Position numbers and translations under genes: made by a program. This document shows positions 45,841 to 58,700 of a stretch of DNA of 64,000 bases, piece after piece. Position 1 is the first letter of the stretch. Each line of letters starts with the position of its first letter. Location of the stretch: assembly GCA_950097015.1 (NCBI GenBank), contig CATNEN010000003.1, positions 1,550,001 to 1,614,000 on the forward strand, in the 5' to 3' direction. The notes under the pieces were generated by a model. The model saw only the letters and a list, made by a program, of their open reading frames with translations, was not told the origin of the DNA and searched no databases. This DNA comes from Macrostomum hystrix (lineage: Eukaryota; Animalia; Platyhelminthes).

Positions 45841-48124
45841 ATGTCTTCTAGCGAACGTCAGGAACAATACGATAGTCTCTACCTGTCAATTCTGCAACGC
45901 GAAGGTAATTTGCCAGCTTTTTTTGATAGCCTGTTTGGCTTTCTGGTGCGAAGAACGGACTATTATCACCTGCTGACTGAGAGTGGGCCCAGAGATCGAG
46001 GCTTCCCACCCGGAGCAGCGCTCGCAATGGTCACTGAGTCGTTTAAAAAGCACGAGACTTTGTTTAAGTAAGTGTGACGACATTTTTTTTGACGATTTTG
46101 GGAAGGGTGTCTTGAGATTCCGAGAGGTCTTAGAAGACCTATGAGCGGTCATAAAAGACTTATGAGAGGTCATAGAAGACCCATGAGAGGTCATAGAAGA
46201 TCTATGAGAGGTCATAGAAGACCCATGAGAGGTCATAGAAGACCCATGAGAGATCATAGAAGACCCATGAGAGGTCATAGAAGACCCATGATAGATCAAA
46301 GAAGACCCATGAGAAGTCATAGAAGACCCATGAGAGATCATAGAAGACCCATGAGAGGTCATAGAAGACCCATGAGAGGTCATAGAAGACCCATGATAGA
46401 TCATAGAAGACCCATGAGAGGTCATAGAAGACCCATGATAGATCATAGAAGACCCATGAGAGGTCATAGAAGACACGAGAGGTCATAGAAGACCCATGAG
46501 AGGTCATAGGAGACCAATGAGAGATCATAGAAGACCCCTTAAAGGTCATGTTCGTGCAGGCCGTTGGGATGAAGTTTAATAAAGTAGTAAATATTATCAG
46601 AAAAAAATTGAGTAGCAGAGTGGTCTAACTTGTTTGCTTCTCGCACTAAAGTCCCTGTGCTCGATTCCGCGACGAGGACACATGTATCGGGGCGCAGCTG
46701 CGGAGAGAAGGCTTGGTGGCTTGTCGTGTAATTCACGCACTTGTGGGCCAATCTCCAAGGCACAGTGAGAGTGTACTCAGGAGTCAGCGAAATGTAAACA
46801 AAAATTTCATTTTAGACGCACTCTGCAGCAGCAGCAGCAGCAGCAGCAGAACAAACAAAATCAGCAGTCAGAATCAGCATCGTCATCCGCTGTGTCTGCT
46901 GCCTCAGTCGCTGCGCCAAAGTCGGCACCTACAATGTCTCAGCAGCAGCAGCAGCAGCAACAGAAGACTCGGGCTTCATCGAAGCCCACAGCCAGCGCGA
47001 CGGTTATCAATCCCAGTACAGGTGAGCTGTCCTATCAAGCTGACAGCGAATGCTATAATGGAGCTAGTCGCGAGGGCTATACATGGAGTCAGACTATCAA
47101 TGGTTTAGATCTTCGCGTCAATGTTGACCGACTCACTGTGTCGAAAGGCTCGGATGTTCGCGTCAAAATTGATCGAAAATCGATACGCGTCGAATGTCGG
47201 CTCAGCGGATCTCAACAGGCCGACTCGAAGCCGCAATTTGGCGTGCTGTTAGATCGTGAATTCTCATACGAGGTTCGCGCACAGGATGCGGTGTGGTCTC
47301 TGGTGCCCAGCGATGCTGTTGTCGAGGTCTGTTTGTCTGTCTGATAAGCTTATCTTAATCACATTCTTTCTAATCTGAATCCCATTTTCCCAATGTGAAT
47401 CCCATTTTCCCAATGTGAATCCCATTTTCCCAATGTGAATCCCATTTTCCCAATGTGAATCCCATTTTCCCAATGTGAATCCCATTTTCCCAATCTGAAT
47501 CCCATTTTCCAAATCTGAATCCCATTTTCCCAATGTGAATCCCATTTTCCCAATGTGAATCCTATTTTCCCAATGTGAATCCTATTTTCCCAATGTGAAT
47601 CCCATTTTCCCAATCTGAATCACATTTTCCCAATGTGAATCCCATTTTCCCAATGTGAATCCCATTTTCCCAATCTGAATCTAACTATTCCCCATATTAA
47701 TCACATTTTTCCTACCTGAATCCTATTTCCAATATAAATCATAATTCGAGAGCTTGAAAGCCGTTTATTATTACCTTGATATCTGATAATTAACATTTAG
47801 GTAAGCCTAGAAAAGGTGCAAGAACGCTGGTGGGACGCCTGCTTCATTGGCGAAGAGAAGATCAACACGCGTGAAATTGATTGCTCCCGACCAATCACCG
47901 ATCTGGATGAGGAGGCTCAAGCTAAAATCGATCAGATGATGTTCGACCAGCGTCAGAAACAGTTGGGCCTGCCAACCAGCGAGGAGGCCAAGACTCTAGA
48001 TTTGTTGCGCAAGGCTTGGGATGCCGAAGGTTCACCGTTTAAGGGGACGCCGTTTGATCCTAGCGTGATTTCTAACCAAATGCCTCCGGAGCTCTTGCAG
48101 CAACAGCAGCAGCAACATCCCTAA
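45841..48124 (+). CDS. NUDCD3: NudC domain-containing protein 3; exons 45841-46067, 46816-47326, 47801-48124
   Basis: YDSLYLSILQREGNLPAFFDSLFGFLVRRTDYY..GFPPGAA, YNGASREGYTWSQT, FDQRQKQLGLPTSEE, LLRKAWDAEGSPFKGTPFDP. Confidence 0.93.
46125..46537. repeat. 21-bp intronic minisatellite (ATGAGAGGTCATAGAAGACCC)n
   Basis: NUDCD3 intron 1. Confidence 0.95.
46610..46792 (+). mobile_element. SINE family A, 5' half with internal deletion
   Basis: tagcagagtgg...gctcgattccgcgacgagg...ccaaggcacagtgagagtgtactcaggagtcagcgaaatg. Confidence 0.8.
47372..47680. repeat. 20-bp intronic minisatellite (GTGAATCCCATTTTCCCAAT)n
   Basis: NUDCD3 intron 2. Confidence 0.96.
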
Positions 48125-48204
48125 CTAGCTCCTGATTTTAACTCTAGATTCTTCGATTTTAGTATACGGACTATACGTCGTTACCTAGTACTAATCAGTT
48201 CCTT

Positions 48205-48525
48205 CTTTTAATTCGGGGTTTTGTACTTTAGTATATTAGACCAGCAAAATCGTCCCCCCTAACGGGCTCCTCGTAATTCGGTATTTTTTATATTCTAGTA
48301 TAGTAGATTAGCAAAATCGTCCCCCCTAACGGGCTCCTCGTAATTCGGTATTTTTTATATTCTAGTATAGTAGATTAGCAAAATCGTCCCCCCTAACGGG
48401 CTCCTCGTAATTCGGGATTTTTTATATTCTAGTATAGTAGATTAGCAAAATCGTCCCCCCTAACGGGCTCCTCGTAATTCGGGATTTTTTATATTTTAGT
48501 ATAGTAGATTAGCAAAAGCGTTCCC
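48205..48525. repeat. 67-bp tandem repeat downstream of the NUDCD3 stop
   Basis: AGCAAAATCGTCCCCCCTAACGGGCTCCTCG recurs at 48243, 48310, 48377, 48444. Confidence 0.93.
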
Positions 48526-49419
48526 CCTCTATATATTCCGGAGTAACGAAACTTAAAGGATTGGCTCTTTAACTATTTAACGCTCAAATCTATTGTTCTC
48601 TCTGTAAAGCGGTACATAATAAATCGTTAATCATAAGCATTTCTTTGCGTACTTATCTTTCATGGTAAAATAAATAAATAACCTGATTGCTCGAAAGTTT
48701 TTATAGAACACTTTCGTAAATATGGTTTGTTTTGCTCATTGTTTTATGTCAGGAGTCATTCTCCAGATAATGATCATACATAAAGTACATTAGAATATCT
48801 TAATTTTCATTATAATTAAAAGTCGAAGTGATTCACTAGATAGATACTCATGTTTGTCTATAAGTTCTACGAAATAACTATAAAGCTATGCAAATTTTGT
48901 ACTTGTAAAATTCCTTCATCATAATTAGTCATAATTGTCTATTTGCCCTGTGTATTTGTGTGATAGCCAGTCAAGAAACTATGGTGTTGGTTTGGAGTTG
49001 AATCTCTAGATTTTATCTACAGGGCTTCACGCTTAGTTCTAGTTATGATGCATAACTGTAGTGCAGATAGGACCTAAGTAGGTTAGTTTATTCTTTTCCA
49101 AGTTCACTATACTTCATTGTGCAGCACGGGTACAGATTTTTTCACTACCTGTTCTCTTCTTGATGGATGCTTAACTAATGTGTCTCTGTGTTTCTGTGTC
49201 TCTGTGTCTCTCCTATTATACTTTCTGTACCTGTCTTTTTTATTTTATTTTTATAAGTCCAGCCATATATCATTTTATTTCTCACCATTTTGCAGGCATA
49301 GAGCAGAGTTGGCGAGTTTAGCAGCTCCAAAAAAGCTGCGCAGCTTTTTTAAAGAAAGGCTTCGATATTTTACCTGAATTCAGTAGTGCTCACTGGCCTA
49401 GCAACACGGACCGAAGGTT

Positions 49420-50148
49420 ATGGAGGCCATCAATAGTAAAGCTAGTGGCGCTCGCCTATTAATAATGGTCGTGTTCGCCTTGCTGACACTCGGACTGCTG
49501 TCTATGGGCGTCAGCCTAGCAGAATTAATCATCGGCTGTTTGCAATTCACTCGGCAATCGTCGGTTAGTTATCGCTCAGTTGCCATAGCAACCTATTTAA
49601 TTGTTAGCGGCATTTTTGGCTGCCTATTCGGCTGTTTATTTGGCTGCGGTTGTCTTAGAGATCGAACCAACGCCGCCGCTAATACTACTACTAGAAGAAT
49701 AAGAAGTAGTAGAAGCAGATACCGCTGCTGCCGTTGCTGTTTGTACATATCGGCTAGTATTGGTCATCTGTTCTCTTTAATCTGGCTTGGAATTGGTTTC
49801 TACTGGGTCTATTATTACGTCGACGATAGCTATTATAATACAACAATATCCCCGCCGGTGTCAACATTGACAACTGCTGTAAATCAAAACTCAGTTGAAG
49901 ACGTTTCTACGGCAGCTCGTCCATTGTTGTGGCTTAGACTAATTGTCAGCTGTTTAGAATTGGCCATTGTTGTTGCTATGCTAGCTTGCTGCGGCGCCAA
50001 TCATAGCCGACACGACGGCGTCGCAGTCGACGTTGATGTCGAAGACAACGCAGACGCGCTTAATAAAAAGTCGACTACCCATCCAGCAGGTGATGATGCA
50101 GAAGTCCTTTCTATGATAGTGTTTTCTATGGCGTGTACACACGAATAG
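49420..50148 (+). CDS. Four-TM, Cys-rich membrane protein, TMEM272-like, single exon
   Basis: ATG-initiated 242-aa ORF with four hydrophobic segments; IATYLIVSG and LIWLGIGFYWVY recall TMEM272-type proteins (by eye). Confidence 0.7.
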   Translation: MEAINSKASGARLLIMVVFALLTLGLLSMGVSLAELIIGCLQFTRQSSVSYRSVAIATYLIVSGIFGCLFGCLFGCGCLRDRTNAAANTTTRRIRSSRSRYRCCRCCLYISASIGHLFSLIWLGIGFYWVYYYVDDSYYNTTISPPVSTLTTAVNQNSVEDVSTAARPLLWLRLIVSCLELAIVVAMLACCGANHSRHDGVAVDVDVEDNADALNKKSTTHPAGDDAEVLSMIVFSMACTHE

Positions 50149-50970
50149 CCGTACAAAATAATTGTTTATTCTGCCTTTGATTTTCGTGGCTATAAAATGC
50201 TAAAATCTCTGCTTTAGATTATAACATGTACAGTTATTATTTCTCTGTAATGCGATTATTGTCAATAGCTTTTTTAAACTGTTGTTTTTATCAATGAATT
50301 TTTTTAACCCTTTTCTAAGTTTTAATTTGAAATATATATTTATTTTTTAAACATTTCTTTCTGCCGATTTAATATGGACTTTCATCATTAAATTCTTTAA
50401 CTTGAAAAGAATTAAAATGGCGTTTTGAATTGGTAAAAAAAGGCATTCACTGTAACGTCTTTGTAACATTTCATTTGTTTATTTTCAGTGTCTGGATTTT
50501 TGTACATTAATTTTTGCAGTTGTGATAATACTGGAAAGTCCAGCAAACGAATGGTTGTAGAGCTTCTGAAAGCAATAAAGCAACATTATTATGTGTTACA
50601 CGAGCTTCTTTTTTGGGTTCTCCTGTCACCTCTCTTCTCAATCTCTTTGTATCAGTTTTCTTGCTCAAAAAATCTCTTCGGAAAGTTTTTCTTTCTTTTG
50701 CCAACTTTTTTTATAGGTTTTTTTAATGGACAGTCACTAAATCCTAGCTGAGTATGTGTTTGTTTATTTTGTCAAAAATGTGCAGTGCTCTGTTTTCAGT
50801 TTCAAAAATCTATATAACAAAATATAGACTGCCATTAAGTTAGTTTTTCTATTTAACGAAATAACTGACACATTAGGTTGAATTATTTTTTTGTCAGAAA
50901 CTCCGATTTTTTTTATTTGCCTTGTTGATCGAAGTAAATGCTGTTTTTAAAATCATTCGTTTACTGACCA

Positions 50971-52555
50971 CAGCCTAGATAAGGAACTGCAGTAGGGTTA
51001 AGCTGCAGCCTAGATAAGGAACTGCAGCTTAGGGTTAAGCTGCAGCCTAGATAAGGAACTGCAGTAGGGTTAAGCTGCAGCCTAGATAAGGAACTGCAGT
51101 AGGGTTAGGCTGCAGCCTAGATAAGGAACTGCAGCTTAGGGTTAAGCTGCAGCCTAGATAAGGAACTGCAGTAGGGTTAAGCTGCAGCCTAGATAAGGAA
51201 CTGCAGTAGGTTAAGCTACAGCCTAGATAAGGAACTGCAGTAGGGTTAAGCTGCAGCCTAGATAAGGAACTGCAGTAGGGTTAAGCTGCAGCCTAGATAA
51301 GGAACTGCAGTAGGGTTAAGCTGCAGCCTAGATAAGGAACTGCAGTAGGGTTAAGCTGCAGCCTAGATAAGGAACTGCAGTAGGGTTAAGCTGCAGCCTA
51401 GATAAGGAACTGCAGTAGGGTTAAGCTGCAGCCTAGATAAGGAACTGCAGCTTAGGGTTAAGCTGCAGCCTAGATAAGGAACTGCAGTAGGGTTAAGCTG
51501 CAGCCTAGATAAGGAACTGCAGTAGGGGTTAAGCTGCAGCCTAGATAAGGAACTGCAGTAGGGTTAAGCTGCAGCCTAGATAAGGAACTGCAGTAGGGTT
51601 AAGCTGCAGCCTAGATAAGGAACTGCAGTAGGGTTAAGCTGCAGCCTAGATAAGGAACTGCAGTAGGGTTAAGCTGCAGCCTAGATAAGGAACTGCAGTA
51701 GGGTTAAGCTGCAGCCTAGATAAGGAACTGCAGTAGGGTTAAGCTGCAGCCTAGATAAGGAACTGCAGTAGGGGTTAAGCTGCAGCCTAGATAAGGAACT
51801 GCAGTAGGGTTAAGCTGCGGCCTAGATAAGGAACTGCAGTAGGGTTAAGCTGCAGCCTAGATAAGGAACTGCAGTAGGGTTAAGCTGCAGCCTAGATAAG
51901 GAACTGCAGTAGGGGTTAAGCTGCAGCCTAGATAAGGAACTGCAGTAGGGTTAAGCTGCGGCCTAGATAAGGAACTGCAGTAGGGTTAAGCTGCAGCCTA
52001 GATAAGGAACTGCAGTAGGGGTTAAGCTGCAGCCTAGATAAGGAACTGCAGTAGGGTTAAGCTGCAGCCTAGATAAGGAACTGCAGTAGGGTTAGGCTGC
52101 AGCCTAGATAAGGAACTGCAGCTTAGGGTTAAGCTGCAGCCTAGATAAGGAACTGCAGTAGGGTTAAGCTGCAGCCTAGATAAGGAACTGCAGTAGGTTA
52201 AGCTACAGCCTAGATAAGGAACTGCAGTAGGGTTAAGCTGCAGCCTAGATAAGGAACTGCAGTAGGGTTAAGCTGCAGCCTAGATAAGGAACTGCAGTAG
52301 GGTTAAGCTGCAGCCTAGATAAGGAACTGCAGTAGGGTTAAGCTGCAGCCTAGATAAGGAACTGCAGTAGGGTTAAGCTGCAGCCTAGATAAGGAACTGC
52401 AGTAGGGTTAAGCTGCAGCCTAGATAAGGAACTGCAGTAGGGTTAAGCTGCAGCCTAGATAAGGAACTGCAGTAGGGTTAAGCTGCAGCCTAGATAAGGA
52501 ACTGCAGTAGGGTTAAGCTGCAGCCTAGATAAGGAACTGCAGTAGGGTTAAGCTA
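50971..52555. repeat. 35-bp minisatellite (AGCCTAGATAAGGAACTGCAGTAGGGTTAAGCTGC)n
   Basis: ~45 units ending ~135 nt before the ELP1 acceptor. Confidence 0.98.
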
Positions 52556-52745
52556 ATCTGAATCAAATTCTTCCTAATTTGAATTATATTATTTACAAGT
52601 TTCACCAGTTGATGCCGGCATTTAAATTAAAACTAGTCGATCGATTTTGAATAATTAATTCACTATTCACCATAACTTATTTAATTTCAGGTCGCATCAT
52701 AACTTATTTAGTAGCTAAAGTCTGTCAGTTTAAAAGCGATTTTCA

Positions 52746-55700
52746 ATGCAGAATATTTGCTTAACAAGCGCCCTGACCAATGAACTGCGTCAGAGCAGTC
52801 AGCTAAACCCTACCTGGATCCTCCTAGCTGAGAGTCAGTTAGACTGCGGCACAATCTATTTGGCTAGTAATTGTAGTTTGGCTCAGATTTGCCTAGCAAC
52901 CGTTGCTAGGCCGGGGCAGCAATCCCGGCAATTGTCACTGGTTGATAGTCTCGGTGGTCACAGCAATGGGGCGTCTATTAAGCCAATTGATTTAACCTGC
53001 TTGCTTAGCTCGGATGCCGACAGTGAATGGCTCTGCCTTTGCACCCAGAAATCTATCTGCCAGGTGGAATTTCAGTGCAGTGCGAAAGACAATGGACGGA
53101 TCGAACCGCAGGTAAGCTGAGTTTTGTCTCTTTTCACATCTGTACACCTGTTCAGTCCACGGACTGAGTGGACGAGACACCCACCCTCAATTACCCCAGC
53201 TGATGTTGGTATCCACTTAACAGCTGGGTGAACTGAAGCAATGCAGAGTTAAGCGTGCTTCAGTGGAAGCGGGAATTGAACCCCCGAACTTCAAGTCGTG
53301 AGTCCGACGCTATAACCACTAGGCTACAATCCCATTACTGTGCCTTGGTGATAAAGGCCTTAAATTTCACTACAAGCCCCAAGCCACTGATTAGGGATTT
53401 TGGGATCATAGCCACGTGACTTATTTTACGAACGATAATCCTCTTTTATCCTCGGGTTCAGCTGCAAGTCATGGGCGAATTCGACAATGATATCCTAGCC
53501 GTATCTTGGAGTCCCGGCTGTGACAGTGTGGCCATTGTCACCAGCAACCGGCGCCTCATCCTGATGGACTCACAGTTTGATCCGATGTGGGAATCCGATC
53601 TGGATCAGCCCGGGTTTGGAAAGGGTAAATAAAGCAGTTTTGTGTTACTAATCAATCAGTTTATGGTAGCTCAAATATTTTATAAATTAAATATTTCAGA
53701 AGCTTTCATTGATCTTGGCTGGGGCAAGAAAGAGACTCAATTTCATGGCAGCGCCGGCAAAGCTGCCGCTCTGCAGCCTAAAGAGGTGAGTCTACTCATC
53801 TCCACTGCTTCAGTTTTATCCTTATAATCCTCCTTAGCTTTTACCCAATTACTTTCTTCCCAATTTTTTTGTTTTTTCCTCATTTCCTCTCTTCCCAATC
53901 TGCTAGTTTAATCACATTCATTTTCTTCCCATCTCCCTTGTTTAATCCTCAATGAATTTCTTCTCATCAAGTTAGTTTAATCCTCATTTTTTTCTTCTAA
54001 TCTCCCTAGTTTAATCCTCATTTTTTTCTTCCCACCCTCCAAGTTAGATCCCCTTTCATTTTCTTCCCATCCTCCTAGTTTAATTCCCACTTATTTTCTT
54101 CCGATTCCGCTAGTGTAATCCTCATTAATTCTTTCCCATCCTCCTAGTTTAATTCTTTTCCCTATTCTTTCTTTGGCTCTAGGTTAATCCCGCATAGTTT
54201 TCTTCCCTTTCTCAGTTTAATCCCCATTCATTATCCTTCCATCATGCCAGTTAAATTATTTTGTCTCCACACCAACTAGTTGAATCCCCCATCGCCGCAT
54301 CCCCATCCGCAAGACCGCCCCAGCTCCAGCCGCACAATGGGACAGCGCCAATCGAGTTGGGATCAGCTGGCGAGGAGACGCCTCCGCCATCTGCACCTCC
54401 AGCATCAGCGCCCTGACTGGCGCCCGCCAGCTCCGCGTCTGGTCTCCGATGGATGGCGGCGCCCTCTTGACTACCAGCGACCCGGCCTGCTCCGGTCTGG
54501 AATGGGCTCTGGACTGGCGCCCAAGCGGGTCGTTGATCGCGGCCGCTAGACGACGAACTGATGTGGCCGGAGCTCCTGCCGCCACTGCTGCCCATGGCGA
54601 TGGAATCGGAGACCGCGGCCAGTTGCAAATTCAACTATTGGAGAGGAATGGTCTCTGCCACGGTGAATTCAGCGTTAGAGCGGCTACAAATACTACCGAT
54701 GTGAGTAGGTTGGCTGCGTGTGAATCTTCCCAACTGCACTTCTCTCTAGTGCAGCTGCACTCTACCCAATCTACTTTTCTCTACCCAATTCACTCCAGCT
54801 ACACTCTACCCAATCCACTTCAGCTACACTCTACCCAACCCACTCCAGCTATACTCTACACAACCCACTCCAGCTACACTCTACCCAACCCACTCCAGCT
54901 ATACTCTACCCAACCCACTGCAGCTACACTCTACCCAATCCACTCCAGCTACACTCTACCCAATCCACTCCACTCCACCAAATCCACTCCAGCCACACTC
55001 TACTCAACCCACTCCAGCTACACTCTACCCAACCCACTCCAGCTGCACTCTACCCAACCCACTCCAGCTATACTCTACACAACCCACTGCAGCTACACTC
55101 TACCCAATCCACTCCAGCTACACTCTACCCAACCTACTCCAGCTGCACTCTACCCAACCCACTCCAGCTACACTCTACCCAATCCACTCCAGCCACACTC
55201 TACTCAACCCACTCCAGCTACACTCTACCCATCCACTCCAGCTGCACTCTACCCAACCCACTCCAGCTACACTCTACCCATCCACTCCAGCTACACTCTA
55301 CCCAACCCACTCCAGCTACACTCTACCCATCCACTCCAGTTGCACTCTACCCAACCCACTCCAGCCACACTCTACTCAACCCACTCCAGCTACACTCTAC
55401 CCAACCCACTCCAGCTACACTCTACCCAACCCACTCCAGACTCCAGCTGCACTCTACCCAACCCACTCCAGCTACACTCGACCCAATCCACTCCAGCTAC
55501 ACTCTACCCAATCTACTTTTCTCCACCCAACCCACTCCAGTTACACTCTACCCAACCCACTCCAGCTACACTCGACCCAATCTACTCCAGCTACACTCTA
55601 CCCAACCCACTCCAGACTCCAGCTGCACTCTACCCAACCCACTCCAGACTCCAGCTGCACTCTACCCAACCCACTCCAGCTACACTCTACCCAATCTACT

Positions 55701-58700
55701 TTTCTCTACCCAACCCACTTCAGTTACACTCGACCCAATCTACTCCAGCTACACTCTACCTAACCCACTCCAGACTCCAGCTGCACTCTACCCAACCCAC
55801 TCCAGACTCCAGCTGCACTCTACCCAACCCACTCCAGCTACACTCGACCCAATCTACTCCAGCTACACTCTACCCAACCCACTTCAGTTACACTCGACCC
55901 AATCCACTCCAGCTACACTCTACCCAATCCACTCCAGCCACACTCTACCCAATCCACTCCAGCAACACTCCACCAAATCCACTCCAGCCACACTCTACCC
56001 AATCCATTCCAGCAACACTCCACCAAATCCACTCCAGCCACACTACACCCCATCTTCTTATCAGATTGAACGCATTCGGTGGAACTCCAGCTCCGAAGTA
56101 CTTCTAGTAGAGCTGGTTGATCGATCAAATCCCAAAGCTTTGAAAACTGGTAAGCGCTGGAAAATAATACTTCAATGAAAGTTGTTTAAAGTTCGAAATC
56201 AAAATTTCTAAAGTACATTATTTCTTTTTAATGCTTTGTAGTACAGCTGTGGAGTTCCTGCAACTATCACTGGTATTTGCGCTGGTCCAGTGATTATCCA
56301 ACTGCCAGTATCGTTGACTGGAGCACCACTGGCAGCGGTGGTCACTGGTGCAGCCTCAGAATCCTGAATCAGGCTGAAGGCACTCTGACGACGCTGAGAT
56401 TTCACTGGGAAGTTAGTCGATGTAGGCAGCAATCGGCTGATTGCAACACCTGCATTCCAGTTATCGATGGAAGTAAGTTTTCTGATCATTCATTAATAGC
56501 TATTCATCTTTTTAATCTATATTCTTATCTAGAAGTTTCTATATTCTTTTAATCAATAATCAATCGATAACCTTCTGATCGATAATCAATCGATAATCTT
56601 CTGATCGATAATCAACCGATATTCTTATGATTGATCATAAATAGACATTCTTCTGATCGATAATCAATCGATAATCTTCTGATCGATAATCAATAGATAT
56701 TCTTCTGATCGATAATCAATCGATAATCTTCTGATCGATAATAAATAGATATTCTTCTGATCGATAATCAATCGATATTCTTCTGATCGATAATCAATCG
56801 ATAATCTTCTGATCGATAATCAATAGATCTTCTTCTGATCGATAATCAATCGATAATCTTCTGATCGATAATCAATAGATAATCTTCTGATCGATAATCA
56901 ATAGATATTCTTCTATTATATAACCAATAGATAATCTTCTGATCGATAATCAATCGATATCAATAATTTAGTGATAGTTATCGGAGGTAAGGCGGTAGAT
57001 TGATAGTAAGCGGGGATATATTGATATTTGCGGGTTATAAATTGATAATAATAATAATAATTGCAGGACGGCTGCGGGCAATGGCACATCATTTGGTGAC
57101 ACTAGACCCGCAGCCAGCGTGGAGGCAATTCTGCCCATTTTATTGACTCCTGAGCACACACGCACACAGATACTGTACGCAGGCACACGCTCACACACGT
57201 GTGTACATCTGCCCTGACTTTCGTCAGGCTGTGTGCACTCTAACTGTGCCTTGGAGGTTGGCCCTCAAGGGCGTAATTTGCACAACAAGCCCCCAAGCCT
57301 TCTCTCCGCGGCTGCGCCTCTAATGAATGTGGCTTTGCCGTGGAATCGAACAATTAAGGACCGTGGTGCGAGAGACAAACGCGTTAACTGCTCTGCCACC
57401 GACCCTCCATCAATAAATATTATTCTGATTAAGCATTGATAAATGCTTTACTGATTGATAATGTTTTGATTGATTTATAATTCATAAATTCCTCACATCA
57501 GGCCGGCTTCAGGTGACGCCACTCAGACTAGCTCTGGTTCCTCCTCCAATGTCCGCCTTCCACGTCGACTTCGTCGGTCCCAACAGTCAGGTTCTATGGT
57601 CCAGACCCCTGCCAGACAAGCCCAACTGGTTGGCTGTCGCTCTATCCAACGGTCGCTTATTTATTTTGTGTCCGATTGTCGAGTCCAGTGCTTTGATTGA
57701 CAGTTTACCTCCGAGCAACGGCCAGTCGGAACTCTCGCCGACAGTATGCAGCAATCAGTGCAGCTCCGGCTTCGGCTTCGTCAACACCGTGCCGGATTAT
57801 TGCTGTGTGGATGTCGGGTCTGTTTCCCTGTCCGTTAATCGTTCTGTAACGTGATTTTCTCCCTGTTACATTATTTCTGTCTGTATTGTACTGCCTGTGT
57901 ATCCGTCTTAAGTAATACAGTATGTCTGTATGTCTGTATTTGGTGTCTGCCTATCTGTCTGTATTTGGTGTCTGCCTATCTGTCTGTATTTGGTGTCTGC
58001 CTATCTGTCTGTATTTGGTGTCTGCCTATCTGTCTGTATTTGGTGTCTGCCTATCTGTCTGTATTTGGTGTCTGCCTATCTGTCTGTATTTGGTGTCTGC
58101 CTATCTGTCTGTATTTGGTGTCTGCCTATCTGTCTGTATTTGGTGTCTGCCTATCTGTCTGTATTTGGTGTCTGCCTATCTGTCTGTATTTGGTGTCTGC
58201 CTATCTGTCTGTATTTGGTGTCTGCCTATCTGTCTGTATTTGGTGTCTCTCTGTCTGTATTTGGTGTCTGCCTATCTGTCTGTATTTGGTGTCTGCCTAT
58301 CTGTCTGTATTTGGTGTCTGTCTGTCTGTATTTGGTGTCTCTCTGTCTGTATTTGGTGTCTGCCTATCTGTCTGTATTTGGTGTCTGCCTATCTGTCTGT
58401 ATTTGGTGTCTGCCTATCTGTCTGTATTTGGTGTCTGCCTATCTGTCTGTATTTGGTGTCTGTCTGTCTGTATTTGGTGTCTCTCTGTCTGTATTTGGTG
58501 TCTGTCGGTCTGTATTTGGTGTCTGTCTGTCTGTATTTGGTGTCTGTCTGTCTGTCTGTATTTGGTGTCTGCCTATCTGTCTGTATTTGGTGTCTGTCTG
58601 TCTGTATTTGGTGTCTGTCTGTCTGTATTTGGTGTCTGTCTGTCTGTATTTGGTGTCTGTCTGTCTGTATTTGGTGTCTGTCTGTCTGTATTTGGTGTCT

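Noticed and set aside
54701-56107. C-terminal ~470 aa of the 552-aa ORF at 54449
   Set aside because: Only 54314-54700 is ELP1 exon; a GTGAGT donor follows and the rest is a 25-bp satellite.
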